Positions 44,888 to 56,500 of a stretch of 64,000 nucleotides of DNA are shown here, in pieces (position 1 is the stretch's first letter; the number at the start of each line of letters is the position of its first letter). Location: sequence record PP434429; one strand, written 5' to 3'. Origin of the DNA: Escherichia phage LH01. Both the position numbers and the translations under genes were made by a program. The notes under the pieces were generated by a model. That model was not told where the DNA came from and ran no database searches. It worked only from the letters and a program-made list of their open reading frames with translations.

Positions 44888-44935
44888 CCTTGAGGTCGTT
44901 TATTTGATAGGATGATAGTAACACGCCATCATCCT
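44888..44935 (-). promoter_or_regulatory. Early-promoter-like palindromic cassette (variant arms GATAGGATGATAG...)
   Basis: Plus strand tgataggatgatagtaacacgccatcatccttatgtaaac. Confidence 0.4.
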
Positions 44936-44955
44936 TATGTAAACTGTTTTGTAAA

Positions 44956-45642
<687 letters not shown>

Positions 45643-45646
45643 TTTA

Positions 45647-46381
45647 TTACCTTAAGATTGTTTCAATTTTAGAATAAAGCTCTTCTAAAGAGCCGTCGTT
45701 TGTAATAACTAAATCGCCTTCTTCAATAGGCAACCCAGCTTCTGTAATATGTTTATCGGTGGATTCCGTACTAGAGCGAACCACATGAATAACTGTAGCA
45801 CCCATCGCTCTAGCGGTTTCCATTTCATGGACTTGGCGTGTATCGGTTACAACATAGTAATCGAAATCACTTCCAATATAATCCATATAATTTAATGCAA
45901 AAAGTTTAACCCAATACATACGGTCAAATAAATTAACGACAACATCCGTACCGAGGGCTTGCATAAGACGGCGGATTGACCATGTGTCGTTGATATTATT
46001 TATAGCTTCACGCAGGGCTTCATATGGTTTAATATCTAGATATGAATATCCACCTTCTAACGATGATAATACTTTAACATTATTAATTGGTAAATATCGA
46101 CTTTGTAAATAAATTAGCGCTTCTTCCATTAATTCAATAACATCCAACTTATTGAGATTTAATGGTGTTTCACGGTCATATCCAACACCTTCAAAGTATT
46201 CATATTTCAACTCGGTGAATACATCAGGGTTTTCGGCATGTTTACGACCCCAGGCTATTGCTAGAGCGTCTTTAATTGGATATGCTAATTGGTATTTTAC
46301 GGATTTAAAGTTTGAATTGATGTAATCAGCAGTAGTGTCTTTACCGCTACGTTTGATGCCACTTAAAAAGATTAGCTCCAT
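45647..46381 (-). CDS. 1: Deoxynucleoside monophosphate kinase gp1
   Basis: 244 aa; MELIFLSGIKRSGKDTTADYI P-loop N-terminus matches T4 gp1. Confidence 0.9.
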   Translation of the reverse strand: MELIFLSGIKRSGKDTTADYINSNFKSVKYQLAYPIKDALAIAWGRKHAENPDVFTELKYEYFEGVGYDRETPLNLNKLDVIELMEEALIYLQSRYLPINNVKVLSSLEGGYSYLDIKPYEALREAINNINDTWSIRRLMQALGTDVVVNLFDRMYWVKLFALNYMDYIGSDFDYYVVTDTRQVHEMETARAMGATVIHVVRSSTESTDKHITEAGLPIEEGDLVITNDGSLEELYSKIETILR

Positions 46382-46435
46382 AGGTTTTTCCTCATATAAT
46401 TTATGAGTGATTATAACATACGGAGCTAGAAGCGA

Positions 46436-47026
46436 TTAACGCAAGGAAGGGTGTCTAGAAATGGATTTAGATTCAACCGCTTGACGCGGTTGTTGAGATA
46501 CAATGACTTCACCATCTTTTTCTATCGTCATATACGCATAGTGAATAGTTGCTACGCACGTAACGGCAGGGTCAGAATCTTCAGTGTAACTAAATTCAAT
46601 TTCGCTCAAATCAGAAATCCATGGTTTATAGAAATTTGCCGTCAAAACTACTTCAGTCTTATTGTTGTTTAAAATGTGCAAAGTAACAAACTCAGGACCA
46701 TCGGAGTGGGCCGTATTATGTCCGGTTATATAGTTATTAGTGCTGAGCATCCATTTATACATGTTCATCCAGGACGTCATGTCTTCGTCAACTATAAATC
46801 GTACAATAAAAGGGTCGTATTCAAATGTGGTGCCTGCACGCATTGCACGTCCTAACCCCATTGTGCCTGTCACAGTTTCAACAACAGGAATTCTCACACC
46901 TGGCAATGGAGCCGTTTGGGCATTGAGCACAAAACCTGAAGTTCGTGTACTATCTGGGATATCCACAACAAAGTTTGTTATATTTGTTTGGTTAAAAATC
47001 TGTCTCGTTGGACGAGTCATAAGCAC
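46436..47026 (-). CDS. 3: Tail completion / sheath stabiliser gp3
   Basis: 196-aa ORF at the gene 3 position between gene 2 and gene 1. Confidence 0.8.
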   Translation of the reverse strand: MLMTRPTRQIFNQTNITNFVVDIPDSTRTSGFVLNAQTAPLPGVRIPVVETVTGTMGLGRAMRAGTTFEYDPFIVRFIVDEDMTSWMNMYKWMLSTNNYITGHNTAHSDGPEFVTLHILNNNKTEVVLTANFYKPWISDLSEIEFSYTEDSDPAVTCVATIHYAYMTIEKDGEVIVSQQPRQAVESKSISRHPSLR

Positions 47027-47122
47027 CTCAAAAACGCTTTAATAAAAATGCAGTATAATGGTTTTAGGTCTCTTCCATTAATCCGGTTCAACAGAATATC
47101 AGAAGAACGGAAGAGAATAGAA

Positions 47123-47944
47123 TTAAGATTTCCAAACAGTATTCGCAGAGAAACGTTTTCCTTTTGACATAAACTGCTGAGTAGGTAACATGATTATGTT
47201 AGCCCAGTCTTTAGGAGCTATTTCTGTTATTGTTCCTCTAATGTGGCCTGGCAGGTATGCTTTAATCATTTTGTCAGCACCTTGAAATCCTTTCACCTTG
47301 CTCCAGTCTATCTTCAACTTTGTGTTATTAGTAATAGTAGTTGTGCTAGCGTATTGCTTCAGCAATTCTTCAAGAAACTGTTGACGTGCTTTAGGTGGGA
47401 TATAGTGCAAGTTTAACCCGTACATCAAATTATGTTTACCTAATCCTAAATAAATAATCAAAGGATATCTGTCCCAATACGGCAGAGTATCTTTATGTTT
47501 AGCATCATACACGTAAGTATAAATTTTGCCTGGCGTAGGCTTGACTACTTTATGACCTTTTACACTTTTCTTAATTGTTTCAACAAACCACTTAGATGAT
47601 TTGTTGTTTACTGCTGCGCCTTCATTTCTAATCTTTTCTCGTATTGAACTGCGAAACGAGTTTATCATCAGAAGTTGACGTTCTTGCTTATTGAGTTTAT
47701 TTTTAGGTTTAGATTCAAGCGTTTCAATTTTCTGTGCAGTCTTAATAGATGATGCATATCTAGACATTGCAGATGTAAACGACGAGTATTTTATTCCTTT
47801 TGATTCTGCAAATGCTTTTGCAGTGATTCCTTTCTCTTTAGCTTTCTTGTATTCTAATCCTATCTCAATCCATTTTCTTTCATTCATAGACTGAGCAATC
47901 TTAGGGGCTTGTACGCCTTCAGATATAATTTGGAATATGCTCAT
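47123..47944 (-). CDS. 2: DNA end protector gp2
   Basis: 273 aa (T4 gp2 is ~274 aa); basic protein at the expected position between gene 4 and gene 3. Confidence 0.8.
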   Translation of the reverse strand: MSIFQIISEGVQAPKIAQSMNERKWIEIGLEYKKAKEKGITAKAFAESKGIKYSSFTSAMSRYASSIKTAQKIETLESKPKNKLNKQERQLLMINSFRSSIREKIRNEGAAVNNKSSKWFVETIKKSVKGHKVVKPTPGKIYTYVYDAKHKDTLPYWDRYPLIIYLGLGKHNLMYGLNLHYIPPKARQQFLEELLKQYASTTTITNNTKLKIDWSKVKGFQGADKMIKAYLPGHIRGTITEIAPKDWANIIMLPTQQFMSKGKRFSANTVWKS

Positions 47945-47946
47945 AA

Positions 47947-48396
47947 TTACCCCTTGTATCCGAGTTTTCTAAGACCATCTTCGGTTAGAACTCGAAATTT
48001 TATATTTCTCTTTTCAGCAACAGCAGAAGCAGCTTTCCATTTGTCACAGTTCACAGACCACGTGTAGATTTCATTCATATAACGTTTCTTAGCCGCAGTT
48101 GTAAGATTCACCGGTTTAATAGGTGGTTGAGTTTCTTTCTTTGGTTTTATTTCTACAAAGAACTCTTGACCTGATGCATCTTTCATCCATATGTCCATAT
48201 AGTATCGACGTTTCTTACCTTCAGCATTACAAAAATATGGAATTACTGCTGTTTCACTACCCCATGCAATAATTTCTGGATTTTTATCCAACCATTCGAA
48301 AAAGAATTTTTCCCAGTTTGAACGATACGTTATTTTGGTATGGTCTCCACGGTATTTTTTTAAATTTTTTGGGACCCATTTACCAGAGTAGGCCAT
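47947..48396 (-). CDS. 4: Head completion protein gp4
   Basis: 149 aa (T4 gp4 is 150 aa); divergent from gene 53 across a late-promoter region. Confidence 0.8.
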   Translation of the reverse strand: MAYSGKWVPKNLKKYRGDHTKITYRSNWEKFFFEWLDKNPEIIAWGSETAVIPYFCNAEGKKRRYYMDIWMKDASGQEFFVEIKPKKETQPPIKPVNLTTAAKKRYMNEIYTWSVNCDKWKAASAVAEKRNIKFRVLTEDGLRKLGYKG

Positions 48397-48407
48397 GTTG
48401 TCCTCCT

Positions 48408-48415
48408 TATAAATA
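48408..48415 (+). promoter_or_regulatory. Late promoter TATAAATA for the gene 53-5-6-7-8 baseplate operon
   Basis: Exact T4 late-promoter octamer about 43 nt upstream of the gene 53 start. Confidence 0.5.
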
Positions 48416-48422
48416 GTATTAT

Positions 48423-48430
48423 TATTTATA
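48423..48430 (-). promoter_or_regulatory. Late promoter TATAAATA (minus strand) for genes 4, 2 and 3
   Basis: Plus-strand tatttata is TATAAATA on the minus strand, ~25 nt upstream of the gene 4 start; divergent with the plus-strand promoter. Confidence 0.45.
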
Positions 48431-48457
48431 CCAATTTCATATTGGAAGGAGACTATC

Positions 48458-49033
48458 TTGTTATTTACATTCTTCGACCCAATAGGATATAGTGCTAAAA
48501 CAGTTAATAAGAATGCACCTACTATTCCTATGACAGATATATTTCGTAACTATAAAGAGTACTTTAAGCGTGTGGCTGCCAATTATAGATTACGTTCTTA
48601 TTATATTAAAGGCTCTCCACGTCCTGAAGAATTAGCAAACATAATTTATGGAAACCCACAATTATACTGGGTTCTTTTGATGTGCAACGATAACTATGAC
48701 CCGTATTATGGTTGGATTACATCTCAGGAAGCAGCTTATCAAGCTTCTATTCAGAAATATGCTAATGCTGGCGGCGACCAAATTCTTTATCATATTAACG
48801 AGAACCGTGAGAAATTTTACAATTTAATTTCATATCCAGACGAGCCTTTAGTGTGGTACGATAAAGGTGATGAAGCTCGTAAGTATCCGCAATATAAAGG
48901 ACCTTTAGCTGCAGTAGATATTTATGAAGCGGCTGTATTAGATAACGAAAAACTTCGTAAAATAAAAATTGTTGCAAAAGAAGATATAAACTCGTTTATT
49001 ACTGATTTGATTCGTGAGATGGAGATTGCATAA
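48458..49033 (+). CDS. 53: Baseplate wedge protein gp53 (TTG start)
   Basis: 191 aa; MLFTFFDPIGYSAKTVNKNAPTIPMTDIFRNYKEYFKR matches T4 gp53; the only in-frame start is TTG, 6 nt after AAGGAG. Confidence 0.85.
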   Translation: MLFTFFDPIGYSAKTVNKNAPTIPMTDIFRNYKEYFKRVAANYRLRSYYIKGSPRPEELANIIYGNPQLYWVLLMCNDNYDPYYGWITSQEAAYQASIQKYANAGGDQILYHINENREKFYNLISYPDEPLVWYDKGDEARKYPQYKGPLAAVDIYEAAVLDNEKLRKIKIVAKEDINSFITDLIREMEIA

Positions 49034-50766
49034 TGGAAATGATTAGTAGTAGCCTTAATTGGTTCGTTGGTGTTGTTGAAGACAGAATGGACCCATTAAA
49101 ACAAGGGCGAGTTCGAGTTCGAGTCGTTGGTCTTCATCCGGCACAGAGAGCACAAGGTGATGTACAAGGTATTCCTACAGAAAAACTTCCATGGATGACT
49201 GTTATTCAACCTATTACGTCTGCATCAATGTCAGGTATTGGCGGTTCTGTTACAGGTCCTGTTGAAGGAACTCGAGTATATGGTCATTTCTTAGACAAAT
49301 GGAAAACAAACGGGATTGTACTTGGTACATATGGCGGAATTGTACGTGAAAAGCCTAATAGACTTGAAGGTTTTTCAGACCCGACAGGTCAGTATCCGCG
49401 ACGTTTAGGTAATGATACGAACGTATTAAACCAAGGTGGTGAAGCTGGTTATTATTCGAACTCTAACGTAATTCAAGATAACAACTTGGATTATGGTATA
49501 AACCCAGATGATACAGATTTAGCAAATATTCCAGAAGATGATGACCCTAATTTTACAATAACGGAAATGTTACGTCGTGACGAAGGACTTCGTGATAAAG
49601 TGTATTGGGACCATCTCGGGTATCCTACAGTAGGTATTGGACACCTTATCGTAATGGAAAAGACCCGAGATATGTCTCGAATTAATAAATTGTTATCTGA
49701 TCAAGTAGGGCGTGAAGTAACAGGAAATCCGGGAACTATTACATTAGAAGAAGCAACAGCGTTATTTGAGAAGGACCTTGCTAAGATGCAGAAAGATATT
49801 CGTTCTAATTCTAAAGTAGGTCCTGTTTATGCTAAAATGAACAGATCTCGTCAAATGGCATTAGAAAACATGTGCTTCCAAATGGGTGTTGGTGGTGTAG
49901 CAAAATTCAATACTATGCTTAAAGCAATGGCCACAGGCGATTGGAAAACTGCATACAAATCTGGACGCGATTCATTATGGTTCCAACAGACTAAAGGACG
50001 CGCTTCACGTGTAACAACAATTATTTTAACCGGTAACATGGAATCATATGGTGTTCCTGTTAAAACGCCGCCTTCACCAGGAGTTGGTGCCGATTTAGTT
50101 ACTAGAAATACCGATCCAGAAGACCCGGCTGGTCCTCCTGTTCCATTAGATTCACGTATCCTTTTTAAAGAACCGGAATCAAGTTATCGTGGTGAGTATC
50201 CATACGTTCATGCTATGGAAACAGAAAGTGGTCATATCCAAGAGTTTGACGATACTCCAGGTAATGAACGTTATCGCTTAGTTCATCCAACAGGGTCATA
50301 TGAGGAAGTTTCTCCATCCGGTCGTCGTACTCGTAAAACTGTAGAAGACCTTTTTGACATCACTAATGGTGATGGGAACTTCTTGATTTCTGGTGATAAG
50401 CTTGTTAACGTTGGTGCTAATGAAATATATTATAACATGGCAGACCGCCTCCATCAAATAGATGGCAATGACACAATCTTTATTCGTGGTAACCAAACTA
50501 AAACTGTTGAAGGCGATGGAACTCTTTACGTTAAGGGTAATATCAAAATAGTTGTTGACGGAAATGCAGATATTCTTGTTAAAGGTGATGCTAAAACTCA
50601 GGTTGAAGGGAATCATGATTACACCGTCAACGGAAACGTTAAATGGACTGTTAATGGTAATGTTGATATGACTGTTGCTGGGGAATGGGCAGAAACAATG
50701 TCCACAATGAGCTCAGTAGCTTCAGGACAATACACTGTTGACGGATCTCGTATTGATATTGGGTAA
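49033..50766 (+). CDS. 5: Baseplate hub and tail lysozyme gp5
   Basis: 577 aa; central T4-lysozyme-like domain (DEGLRDKVYWDHLGYPTVGIGHL) and C-terminal VxGxxxxx beta-helix repeats. Confidence 0.9.
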   Translation: MEMISSSLNWFVGVVEDRMDPLKQGRVRVRVVGLHPAQRAQGDVQGIPTEKLPWMTVIQPITSASMSGIGGSVTGPVEGTRVYGHFLDKWKTNGIVLGTYGGIVREKPNRLEGFSDPTGQYPRRLGNDTNVLNQGGEAGYYSNSNVIQDNNLDYGINPDDTDLANIPEDDDPNFTITEMLRRDEGLRDKVYWDHLGYPTVGIGHLIVMEKTRDMSRINKLLSDQVGREVTGNPGTITLEEATALFEKDLAKMQKDIRSNSKVGPVYAKMNRSRQMALENMCFQMGVGGVAKFNTMLKAMATGDWKTAYKSGRDSLWFQQTKGRASRVTTIILTGNMESYGVPVKTPPSPGVGADLVTRNTDPEDPAGPPVPLDSRILFKEPESSYRGEYPYVHAMETESGHIQEFDDTPGNERYRLVHPTGSYEEVSPSGRRTRKTVEDLFDITNGDGNFLISGDKLVNVGANEIYYNMADRLHQIDGNDTIFIRGNQTKTVEGDGTLYVKGNIKIVVDGNADILVKGDAKTQVEGNHDYTVNGNVKWTVNGNVDMTVAGEWAETMSTMSSVASGQYTVDGSRIDIG

Positions 50767-50769
50767 TAT

Positions 50770-51285
50770 ATGGCACAAATACTTCCTTTAAATACCGACT
50801 TAGGAGAAGACATGGAAGGGGCGTCTATTGACGTCCTTTTTACTCCACAGTTAGAAACGTCCGAAACTTTAGTGTCAATAAATATAATAGATTATGAACC
50901 AACACAAGGCATTACGGTAGATGGTAATCGTTTATATGGGACATATGAAAGTGTGTTTAGCTTTTCTTCGGATGCATTGAAATATCGATTAAATGATGAT
51001 TTTAAAACTGCATCTTCATGGGATGATTTACCAAAAGATGAATCAACACAGTTATATTTGTGGAGAGCTCCTCAGAATCTTCGTAAAGTGTTTAGTTATA
51101 CGGTTGAAATGATTTATAACTACCAAGAAGAAAGTTCATCAGGCGGCACAAGAAGTGACTCTGGTACAGAACCTCCACCGGCTCCAGTACAAAAAACTCT
51201 TACTAAGGTTTATACAAAAACTATAGTAGGAAATTGGAGCAAATGGGCACAACAATTACGAAACTATGTTTATATGAGGCCATAA
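50770..51285 (+). CDS. Hypothetical protein (position of T4 5.1)
   Basis: 171-aa ORF between gene 5 and the PAAR gene. Confidence 0.65.
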   Translation: MAQILPLNTDLGEDMEGASIDVLFTPQLETSETLVSINIIDYEPTQGITVDGNRLYGTYESVFSFSSDALKYRLNDDFKTASSWDDLPKDESTQLYLWRAPQNLRKVFSYTVEMIYNYQEESSSGGTRSDSGTEPPPAPVQKTLTKVYTKTIVGNWSKWAQQLRNYVYMRP

Positions 51286-51287
51286 AA

Positions 51288-51581
51288 ATGTCTGGCTTAA
51301 GTTACGACAAGTGTGTTACAACAGGTCATGAAGCGTGGCCTCCTACGGTAATTAACGCTTCTCAATCTAAAGTATTCACCGGCGGTATTCCTGTTCTTGT
51401 GGCAGGAGACCAAATAACACCTCATACAGAAATTAAAAAACCATACGAGACTCATGGAGGTGTTACTGAACCTCGTACATCTAAAGTATACGTCACCGGT
51501 AAAAAGGCCGTTCAAATGGCTGACCCAATTTCATGCGGGGATACTGTTTCTCAGGCCTCGTCAAAAGTCTTTATAAAATAG
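51288..51581 (+). CDS. 5.4: PAAR-repeat spike-tip protein gp5.4
   Basis: Start at [21 protein letters not shown]; 97 aa, near-identical to T4 gp5.4. Confidence 0.8.
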   Translation: MSGLSYDKCVTTGHEAWPPTVINASQSKVFTGGIPVLVAGDQITPHTEIKKPYETHGGVTEPRTSKVYVTGKKAVQMADPISCGDTVSQASSKVFIK

Positions 51582-51589
51582 GAATTAAA

Positions 51590-53563
51590 ATGGCAAACAC
51601 TCCTGTAAATTATCAATTAACCCGAACAGCGAATGCTATTCCCGAGATTTTTATCGGGGGCACATTTGCCGAAATCAAACAAAACATTATCGAATGGCTC
51701 CATGGACAGAATGAATTTCTTGATTATGATTTTGAAGGTTCACGCTTAAACGTATTGTGCGACCTTTTAGCATATAACACTCTTTACATCCAACAGTTCA
51801 GTAATAGCGCAGTGTATGAAAGTTTTATGCGCACTGCAAACTTGCGTAGCTCTGTTGTACAAGCGGCTCAAGATAACGGATATCTGCCTTCATCTAAATC
51901 AGCAGCACAAACAGAAATTATGCTCACATGTACGGATGCGTTAAATAGAAACTATATCACCATTCCACGTGGCACTCGTTTCTTAGCATATGCTAAAGAT
52001 ACTTCTGTTAACCCATATAACTTTGTTTCTACTGAAGATGTCATTGTAGTTAAAGACAAAAATAACCAATATTTTCCACGTCTTCGATTAGCTCAAGGAC
52101 GTATTGTTCGCACTGAATTAACATTTGATAAATTAAAACCTATCATTATTCGTGATAAGAACATTGACCGTAATTTGGTTAAGTTGTATGTTGACGGAGC
52201 AGAATGGATTAACTGGACTCGTAAGTCGATGGTTCACGCTGGTTCTACGTCAACAATCTATTATATGCGTGAAACTGTTGATGGGAACACCGAATTTTAT
52301 TTTGGTGAAGGCGAAATCTCTATTAACACATCAGAAGGCGCGTTAACATCCAACTATATTGGTGGCCTTAAACCTGTTCAGGGTTCTAAAATCGTAATTG
52401 AGTATATTTCTACTAATGGCGCAGATGCTAACGGTGCTGTAGGATTTTCTTATGCTGATACATTAGCTAATATCACTGTAATCGGTATTAATGAGAACCC
52501 TAGCAATAACCCAGACTTTGTCGGGGCTGATGGTGGCGGTGACCCTGAAGATATTGAACGTATTCGAGAATTAGGCACAATTAAACGCGAAACTCAACAA
52601 CGTTGTGTAACCGCTTCCGACTATGACACATTCGTCTCTGAGCGGTTTGGTTCTATTATTCAAGCGGTTCAAACATTCACAGATTCATCTAAACCAGGGT
52701 ACGCATATATTGCTGCTAAGCCTAAATCTGGATTGTATTTGACTTCTGTCCAACGTGATGATATCAAAAACTATTTGAACGATTATAACTTAGGGACTAT
52801 TACACCTGTTGTTATTTCGCCTGATTATTTGTTTATCAAAATGAATATCAAAGTTACATATGCTTTGAATAAGCTTCAAGAATCAGAGCAATACCTTGAA
52901 GGGCAAATTATTAATAAAATTGACCGTTATTATATTGAAGATGTAGAAATTTTTAACTCGTCGTTTGCAAAATCTAAAATGCTAACTTATGTCGATGATG
53001 CAGATATTTCTATTATTGGTTCTTCAGCTACCATTCAAATGGTTCGCGAAGTACAAAACTTCTATAAAACGCCTGAGGCCGGTATTAAATACAATAATCA
53101 GATTAAAGATAGATCGATGGAATCTAATATATTCTCGTTTGATTCACACAGACCTAATCCAGAAAATGCAAACGAAACTATTAAATATGGTGTTCGCATA
53201 GTATCTTCTGACCGTAATGACCGTGGCATAGGTCAAGTTATTATTGGTCCATTTGCAGACGGTGATGTTGTTGAAAACGAAAATATACAACCTTATACAG
53301 GTAATGATTTTAATAAACTTACTGTTACTGACGGACGAAACAAATACTATTCAATTGGCGAAGTGAATTATCCTGCCGATTCGATTTATTGGAACATTGC
53401 TAAAATTGACCTCACTTCAGACCGTTTTGAAGTTCAAACAATTGAACTTTATTCTGACCCTGCAGATGATATTATTTTTACAAAGGATGGTTCTTTAATC
53501 GTATTCGAAAATGACTTACGTCCTCAGTACTTAACTATAGATTTGGAGCCTATTTCACAATGA
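51590..53563 (+). CDS. 6: Baseplate wedge protein gp6
   Basis: Start at MANTPVNYQLTRTANAIPEIF (matches the T4 gp6 N-terminus; the ORF-track start is 19 codons upstream). Confidence 0.9.
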   Translation: MANTPVNYQLTRTANAIPEIFIGGTFAEIKQNIIEWLHGQNEFLDYDFEGSRLNVLCDLLAYNTLYIQQFSNSAVYESFMRTANLRSSVVQAAQDNGYLPSSKSAAQTEIMLTCTDALNRNYITIPRGTRFLAYAKDTSVNPYNFVSTEDVIVVKDKNNQYFPRLRLAQGRIVRTELTFDKLKPIIIRDKNIDRNLVKLYVDGAEWINWTRKSMVHAGSTSTIYYMRETVDGNTEFYFGEGEISINTSEGALTSNYIGGLKPVQGSKIVIEYISTNGADANGAVGFSYADTLANITVIGINENPSNNPDFVGADGGGDPEDIERIRELGTIKRETQQRCVTASDYDTFVSERFGSIIQAVQTFTDSSKPGYAYIAAKPKSGLYLTSVQRDDIKNYLNDYNLGTITPVVISPDYLFIKMNIKVTYALNKLQESEQYLEGQIINKIDRYYIEDVEIFNSSFAKSKMLTYVDDADISIIGSSATIQMVREVQNFYKTPEAGIKYNNQIKDRSMESNIFSFDSHRPNPENANETIKYGVRIVSSDRNDRGIGQVIIGPFADGDVVENENIQPYTGNDFNKLTVTDGRNKYYSIGEVNYPADSIYWNIAKIDLTSDRFEVQTIELYSDPADDIIFTKDGSLIVFENDLRPQYLTIDLEPISQ

Positions 53564-56500
53564 CAGTAAAAGCGCCAGCAGTCACAAGTCTCAGAATATC
53601 CAAGTTGTCCGCTAACCAAGTTCAAATACGCTGGGATGACGTTGGTGCTAATTTCTACTATTTCGTAGAAATCGCTGAGACTAAAACGGCAGACGGGGAA
53701 ATAATTCCACCCGCCAGCTACAGATGGATAAATTTAGGATATACTCCTAATAGCAACTGGTTCGAAAGTAGTTTAGACCCATTAACTTCTTATATTATTC
53801 GTGTATCAACTGCCGCCGAAGGCTTCGAGAGATCTGATTGGGTATATACCGAAATATTTGAATCATTTCAGACTAACGCGTATACATTTCAACATATGAT
53901 TGAAATGCAATTGGCTAACACTTTTATTAGAGAAAAATTTACAAATAACAACATGGCTTATGTCGATTTTAATAACGACACTATAATGGCAGCTCTAATG
54001 AATGAATCGTTCCAATTTAGCCCTGCTTATGCAGATATTTCATCTATTAAAAATTTCATTATTGGCGAAAATGAGTATCATGAAATTCAAGGTTCGATTC
54101 AACAAGTGTGTCATGATATAAACCGTGTTTATTTGATGGAATCTGAAGGAATTCTTTATTTGTTTGAACGGTATCAGCCTGTGGTTAAAGTCTCTAATGA
54201 TAAGGGACAAACCTGGAAATCGGTTAAATTGTTTAATGACCGTGTAGGGTACCCTGTATCAAGAACAGTGTATTACCAGACAGGTTATACCACGTATGTT
54301 CTTGGGTATGATAAATTATTTTACGGCCGTAAATCAACTGACGTTCGTTGGTCTGCTGATGATGTGAGATTTAGTTCTCAAGATATAACATTTGCTAAAA
54401 TTGGCGACCAGTTAAATTTAGGATTTGATGTAGAAATATTTGGTAACTATGCATCATTACCTGCTAACGTATCACGTATTGCAGAAGCTATCGTTTGCAA
54501 TGACGATTATGTATATGTTGCTGCTCGAGATAAAGTTCGTTTTATTAAAACTAGTAATGCCCCTATTGATTCAGACCCGTTATCTCCGACATATTCCGAA
54601 CGTTTGTTTGAACAAGAAACATTTAACATCACAGGTAACCCTAAGGCAGTTTGCTATAAAATGGATTCTGTTGGCGGTAAAATATTTGCACTGATTATCG
54701 GCGAAGTTGTTAATCTTAATGACGACCCGAGGACCACTCCTATTGTTGATTCTGCTGATAAGGGCGTTTACGTTCTAGACCATGATGCTGGCACATTTAA
54801 ACGTGTGTTTGGTAATACTGAAGAAGAACGCCGTCGTATTGAACCTGGGTACACCAGTATGTCTACTGATGGTGTTGAGTTATCTATTTCATCTAGTAAT
54901 TTTAAATTTCTAGAATCGGATATTGTTGATGACCCAAAAACACAAATCAAGTACGGTTTAATCGGTGCTGTTAAATATGAGTATCCTCGCGAATGGTTGG
55001 CTGATAAACATTATCATATGATGGCATTTATTTCAACTGAAGACTCTCAATGGGAATCGTTCACTCCTCAACCGATGGAATACTATGCTGAGCCATTCTT
55101 TAGTTATTCTAGAAAGTCTGGTACTCGTTGTTGGATTAATAACTCAGACAAGGCCGTTGTAATTTATTCTGATTTACTTTACACTAAGGTTATTGAGAAT
55201 CATCCACTTAGTTCTTCAGACCGTGAAGTTCATGAATATTGGAAGGACGGTGACTGTACAATAGTGATGCCTAACGTGGATTTCACCGGATTTAAAAAAT
55301 ATGCATCCGGCATGATTTTCTATAAATCATCAGGTGAGATTATTTCTTATTATGATTTTAGTTATCGTGTTAGAGATAATGTTTCTATAATTTGGAAGCC
55401 TACTAATATATTCTTAACAGCATCGTTACAAAACCAAGAAAAAGATACCACATGGACTCCTGTAGAAGAGAACGGCATTGCGGACCCAGATTTACGACCA
55501 TTGCTCACTACAATGATGCCGGAGTCTTATCTTTTAGATAATACAAACTTTGAAGCATTCTGCGAGGCTTATATTCAGTATCTTTCTGACGGTTATGGGA
55601 CCCATTATAACAACCTTTTGAATCTTATTAAAAATCAATATCCGCGAGAAGAACATGCGTGGGAATATTTATGGTCTGAGATTTATAAACGAAACATTTA
55701 CTTAAACGCCGAAAAACGCGATTTAGTGTCTCGTTTCTTTGAATCAAGAAGTTATGACTTCTATTCAACTAAAGGAACTGAAGCGTCATATAAATTCTTG
55801 TTTAAAGTGCTTTATAACGAAGATGTTGAAATTGAAATTGAATCTAGTTCCGGGACCGAATATGATATCATCATTGAATCTGATTCGTTGACAGAAGATT
55901 TGGTCGGACAAACCATATACACCGCTACAGGACGTTGTAATGTGACGTATATCGAGAGAAGTTACTCTAAAGGTAAATTACAATGGACTGTAACAATTCA
56001 CAACCTCTTAGGTCGTTTAATCCAAGGACAGGAAGTTAAAGCTGAAAGACTCCCGGGTTTTGAAGGTGAAATTGTTCGTGGTATTAAAGGTAAAGAGCTT
56101 TCTCAGAACAACATCGATTACATAAATCGTGGTAGAGCATACTACGTAATGAAGATTAAATCTAAACTTCCATCATCTCGTTGGAAATCAGACGTATTAC
56201 GTTTTGTTCATCCGGTTGGATTTGGATTTATCGCAATTACCCTTCTCACAATGTTTATTAACACCGGATTAACACTTAAACATGTTGAAACCATTATTAA
56301 TAAATACAAAAACTATAAGTGGGATTCTGGATTACCGACTAAATATGCAGACCGAGTGGCTAAATTAGACCCACAAGGAAATGTTGAGTTTGACCCTATT
56401 ACAGGTAAAGCGATATATGAAATAGGCCCTATGGCTGGTCAAGATTATCCATTGCCTGAAGATTATAACGCTGAAAACAATAACTCCATATTTCAAGGTC

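Noticed and set aside
50296-50813. Minus-strand ORFs inside gene 5, and others inside plus-strand baseplate genes (54768..54950, 57803..58158, 61699..62065, 62395..62613)
   Set aside because: They are antisense to strongly conserved baseplate and tail-fibre genes.
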